Positions 62,457 through 64,000 of a stretch of DNA of 64,000 bases are shown one piece after another; position 1 is the stretch's first letter; every line of letters starts with the position of its first letter. A program made the translations under genes and the position numbers. This stretch comes from Bacteroidales bacterium (GTDB lineage: Bacteria > Bacteroidota > Bacteroidia > Bacteroidales > UBA932): the NCBI GenBank assembly GCA_045642485.1, contig JAZUIV010000002.1, forward strand, positions 5,107 through 69,106, given 5' to 3'. The notes beneath the pieces were generated by a model that saw nothing but the letters and a program-made list of their open reading frames with translations, had not been told where the DNA came from and did not search any database.

Positions 62457-63470
62457 TCAAAACAGATTCTGATTATGTTTACGGCTGACAATCACATAGA
62501 TTATGACCGGAGCGCATATTATCGGCGTTATGGCATTGAGGGGGAGCGACTGTCCGCCGCCCGGCAAGACTGTCAGCAGATTGCACAGCAGGGCAATTCC
62601 TGCTCCCGTCAGGATGGTCACCGGCACCAGCCGGATGTGGTTGGATGTGCCGAGCATCAGCCGGGCCATATGGGGTACTGCAAGGCCTATGAATGATACA
62701 GGCCCGCAGAATGCCGTGACGGCTGCAGTAAGAACTCCGGTACAGAGCAGTATCAGCACCCTCGCCCTTTCAATCCTGATTCCCAGGTTGGCCGCATACG
62801 CCTCTCCCAGAAGCAGGGCGTTCATCGGTTTTATCAGGAGAATTGAAAGCAGCAGCCCGGCGGAGGCGGCAGCCGTAAAGACAGGAAGTTTTTCCGCAGA
62901 CACGCTCCCGAAATCTCCCATTCCCCACATCACGTATTGATGGACCGTATCCGCAGCGGCCCTGTAGTTCAGTATGGATATGACGGATGAGGCGAGATAT
63001 CCCACCATTATTCCGATTATCAGAAGCATCACGTTACTTCTCACTTTCCTGGAGAACCGGATTATGAGAGCCAGGATGACTGAAGCGCCGATAAAAGCGG
63101 AAATTATAACGGAAAAATAACTGCTTGTCCCAAGATATATCATCACGACCGCCACTCCAAGATTGGCACCGTCACTGATTCCGAGGATGGAGGGGCCCGC
63201 AAGAGGGTTTCTGAAGAGAGTCTGGAGCATAAGTCCGCCCACCGCAAGGCAGGCCCCCGCGACCGCAGCCGTAACTGCCTGAGGGAGGCGGTTCTGCAGG
63301 ATAATATCCCGCCAGGTTGACTTCCCCTCGTAAGAACCGGCAAGGATATCGAGCACATCTTCCACTGGGATGTGCACAGCTCCGTACATAAGGCTCGCGG
63401 CAAAAAGCAGGACTACCGCAAGGGATGGAATCAGAATCCTCAATATCTCTTTTGCATCAGTTTTCATCAT
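62457..63470 (-). CDS. FecCD/BtuC family ABC importer permease
   Basis: 337 aa with about 9-10 TM helices. Motifs are RLPQAVTA..AGA.LA..G...Q and NPLA.P..LG.S.GA. Confidence 0.88.
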   Translation of the reverse strand: MMKTDAKEILRILIPSLAVVLLFAASLMYGAVHIPVEDVLDILAGSYEGKSTWRDIILQNRLPQAVTAAVAGACLAVGGLMLQTLFRNPLAGPSILGISDGANLGVAVVMIYLGTSSYFSVIISAFIGASVILALIIRFSRKVRSNVMLLIIGIMVGYLASSVISILNYRAAADTVHQYVMWGMGDFGSVSAEKLPVFTAAASAGLLLSILLIKPMNALLLGEAYAANLGIRIERARVLILLCTGVLTAAVTAFCGPVSFIGLAVPHMARLMLGTSNHIRLVPVTILTGAGIALLCNLLTVLPGGGQSLPLNAITPIICAPVIIYVIVSRKHNQNLF

Positions 63471-64000
63471 CGGTTTTCAACGGGAAATAATAAGCGGGGA
63501 TATGCTCCGGCAACAATTCCGGATGGTAGATATGGATGAAATCGGCCAGAATAAGGTCCGGGTGGAGAAAAATGTCGTCATAATATTTCGTAACGCCCGT
63601 ATTGCAGGCATAGACCGAATGGTTCTGAAATGCCTTGAAGGATTTGTACGGAGGATAATCGGACTCCATATCCCCATATGTGAGGGGTTTGCGGGAATTG
63701 TACTTGATGAGCCAATAATCCGCATCAACCGCCCGTTCGAGCACGGTCTCAAACGGTAGAGGCACGCTCCCTCCCCCGCACAGCCCGTCGAAGAGATAAT
63801 CGGCTCCGGCATCTCTGTGCAGAGTTCCGACATAGCTGTCCCCGGCCGGCATCGGCCACTGTCCCCCATAGCGTCTTTCCAGCATCACTGTCGGTTTCTC
63901 CACCGCCGTGGCGGCAAGCCTCTTGAGAGCATTGTACTTTCTCTCGGTCCGACAGAACAGCGAGTCCCCTTCGGCCTGCCTGCCGAACAGACGGCTGAAG
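63457..64000 (-). CDS. ABC importer periplasmic substrate-binding protein (BtuF/FhuD-like), C-terminal part (5' end outside window)
   Basis: The frame stays open from 63903 to the window edge (hand translation gives ...FSRLFGRQAEGDSLFCRTERKYNALKRLAATAVEKPTV...). It overlaps the permease start by 14 nt. Confidence 0.75.
   Translation of the reverse strand, partial: FSRLFGRQAEGDSLFCRTERKYNALKRLAATAVEKPTVMLERRYGGQWPMPAGDSYVGTLHRDAGADYLFDGLCGGGSVPLPFETVLERAVDADYWLIKYNSRKPLTYGDMESDYPPYKSFKAFQNHSVYACNTGVTKYYDDIFLHPDLILADFIHIYHPELLPEHIPAYYFPLKTDDEN

Noticed and set aside
1-64000. A search by eye for CRISPR arrays, rRNA/tRNA genes, IS elements, integrases, and phage or conjugation genes.
   Set aside because: None was found. 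Intergenic regions are short, the longest being about 330 nt at 8486-8817 and about 220 nt at 28263-28482. None contains regularly spaced repeats or cloverleaf-like sequences. A tRNA or ncRNA covariance scan would still be needed to exclude small RNAs.

Overview
This 64-kb window looks like a Bacteroidota (Bacteroidales-like) chromosome. The evidence is lipoprotein-type signal peptides, repeated TAnnTTTG -7 promoter boxes, and ileS-dksA/traR-lspA and serC-serA-DUF1015 synteny. I call about 62 protein-coding genes. By eye there is no rRNA, tRNA, CRISPR array, integrase or transposase.

Most of the window is housekeeping:
- Translation and tRNA modification: ileS, lysS, rpsF-rpsR-rplI, miaA, tsaB.
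- Transcription: greA.
- DNA repair and replication: recQ, recJ-ssb.
- Metabolism and other functions: serA/serC, aroE, pepD, rfbB, and a partial btuF/fecCDE-like ABC importer.

Two accessory regions stand out.

1. 8.8-13.8 kb holds a compact cassette between the core genes cvpA and tsaB.
- It encodes a C39-peptidase ABC exporter, two small double-glycine-leader peptides, a TolC-like outer-membrane factor and a HlyD-like adaptor.
- One of the two peptides is a 53-aa ORF that is absent from the supplied ORF track.
- Both predicted mature peptides are Cys-free, cationic and carry GxxxG motifs.
- I read this as a two-peptide bacteriocin/microcin-like system with its own Gram-negative-type exporter. 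It is the best candidate for something undescribed.

2. About 20.4-32.2 kb is a low-GC, mixed-orientation glycan island with a Wzx flippase but no polymerase.
- It carries a LicC-like cytidylyltransferase fused to a PLP enzyme, an ornithine-cyclodeaminase-family enzyme and LicD.
- It also carries GT11 and GT10 fucosyltransferases, a GT2 and an acyltransferase.
- A tripartite HipB/HipS/HipT-like toxin-antitoxin module sits in the middle of it.

All family assignments come from motif recognition by eye. No database searches were run.
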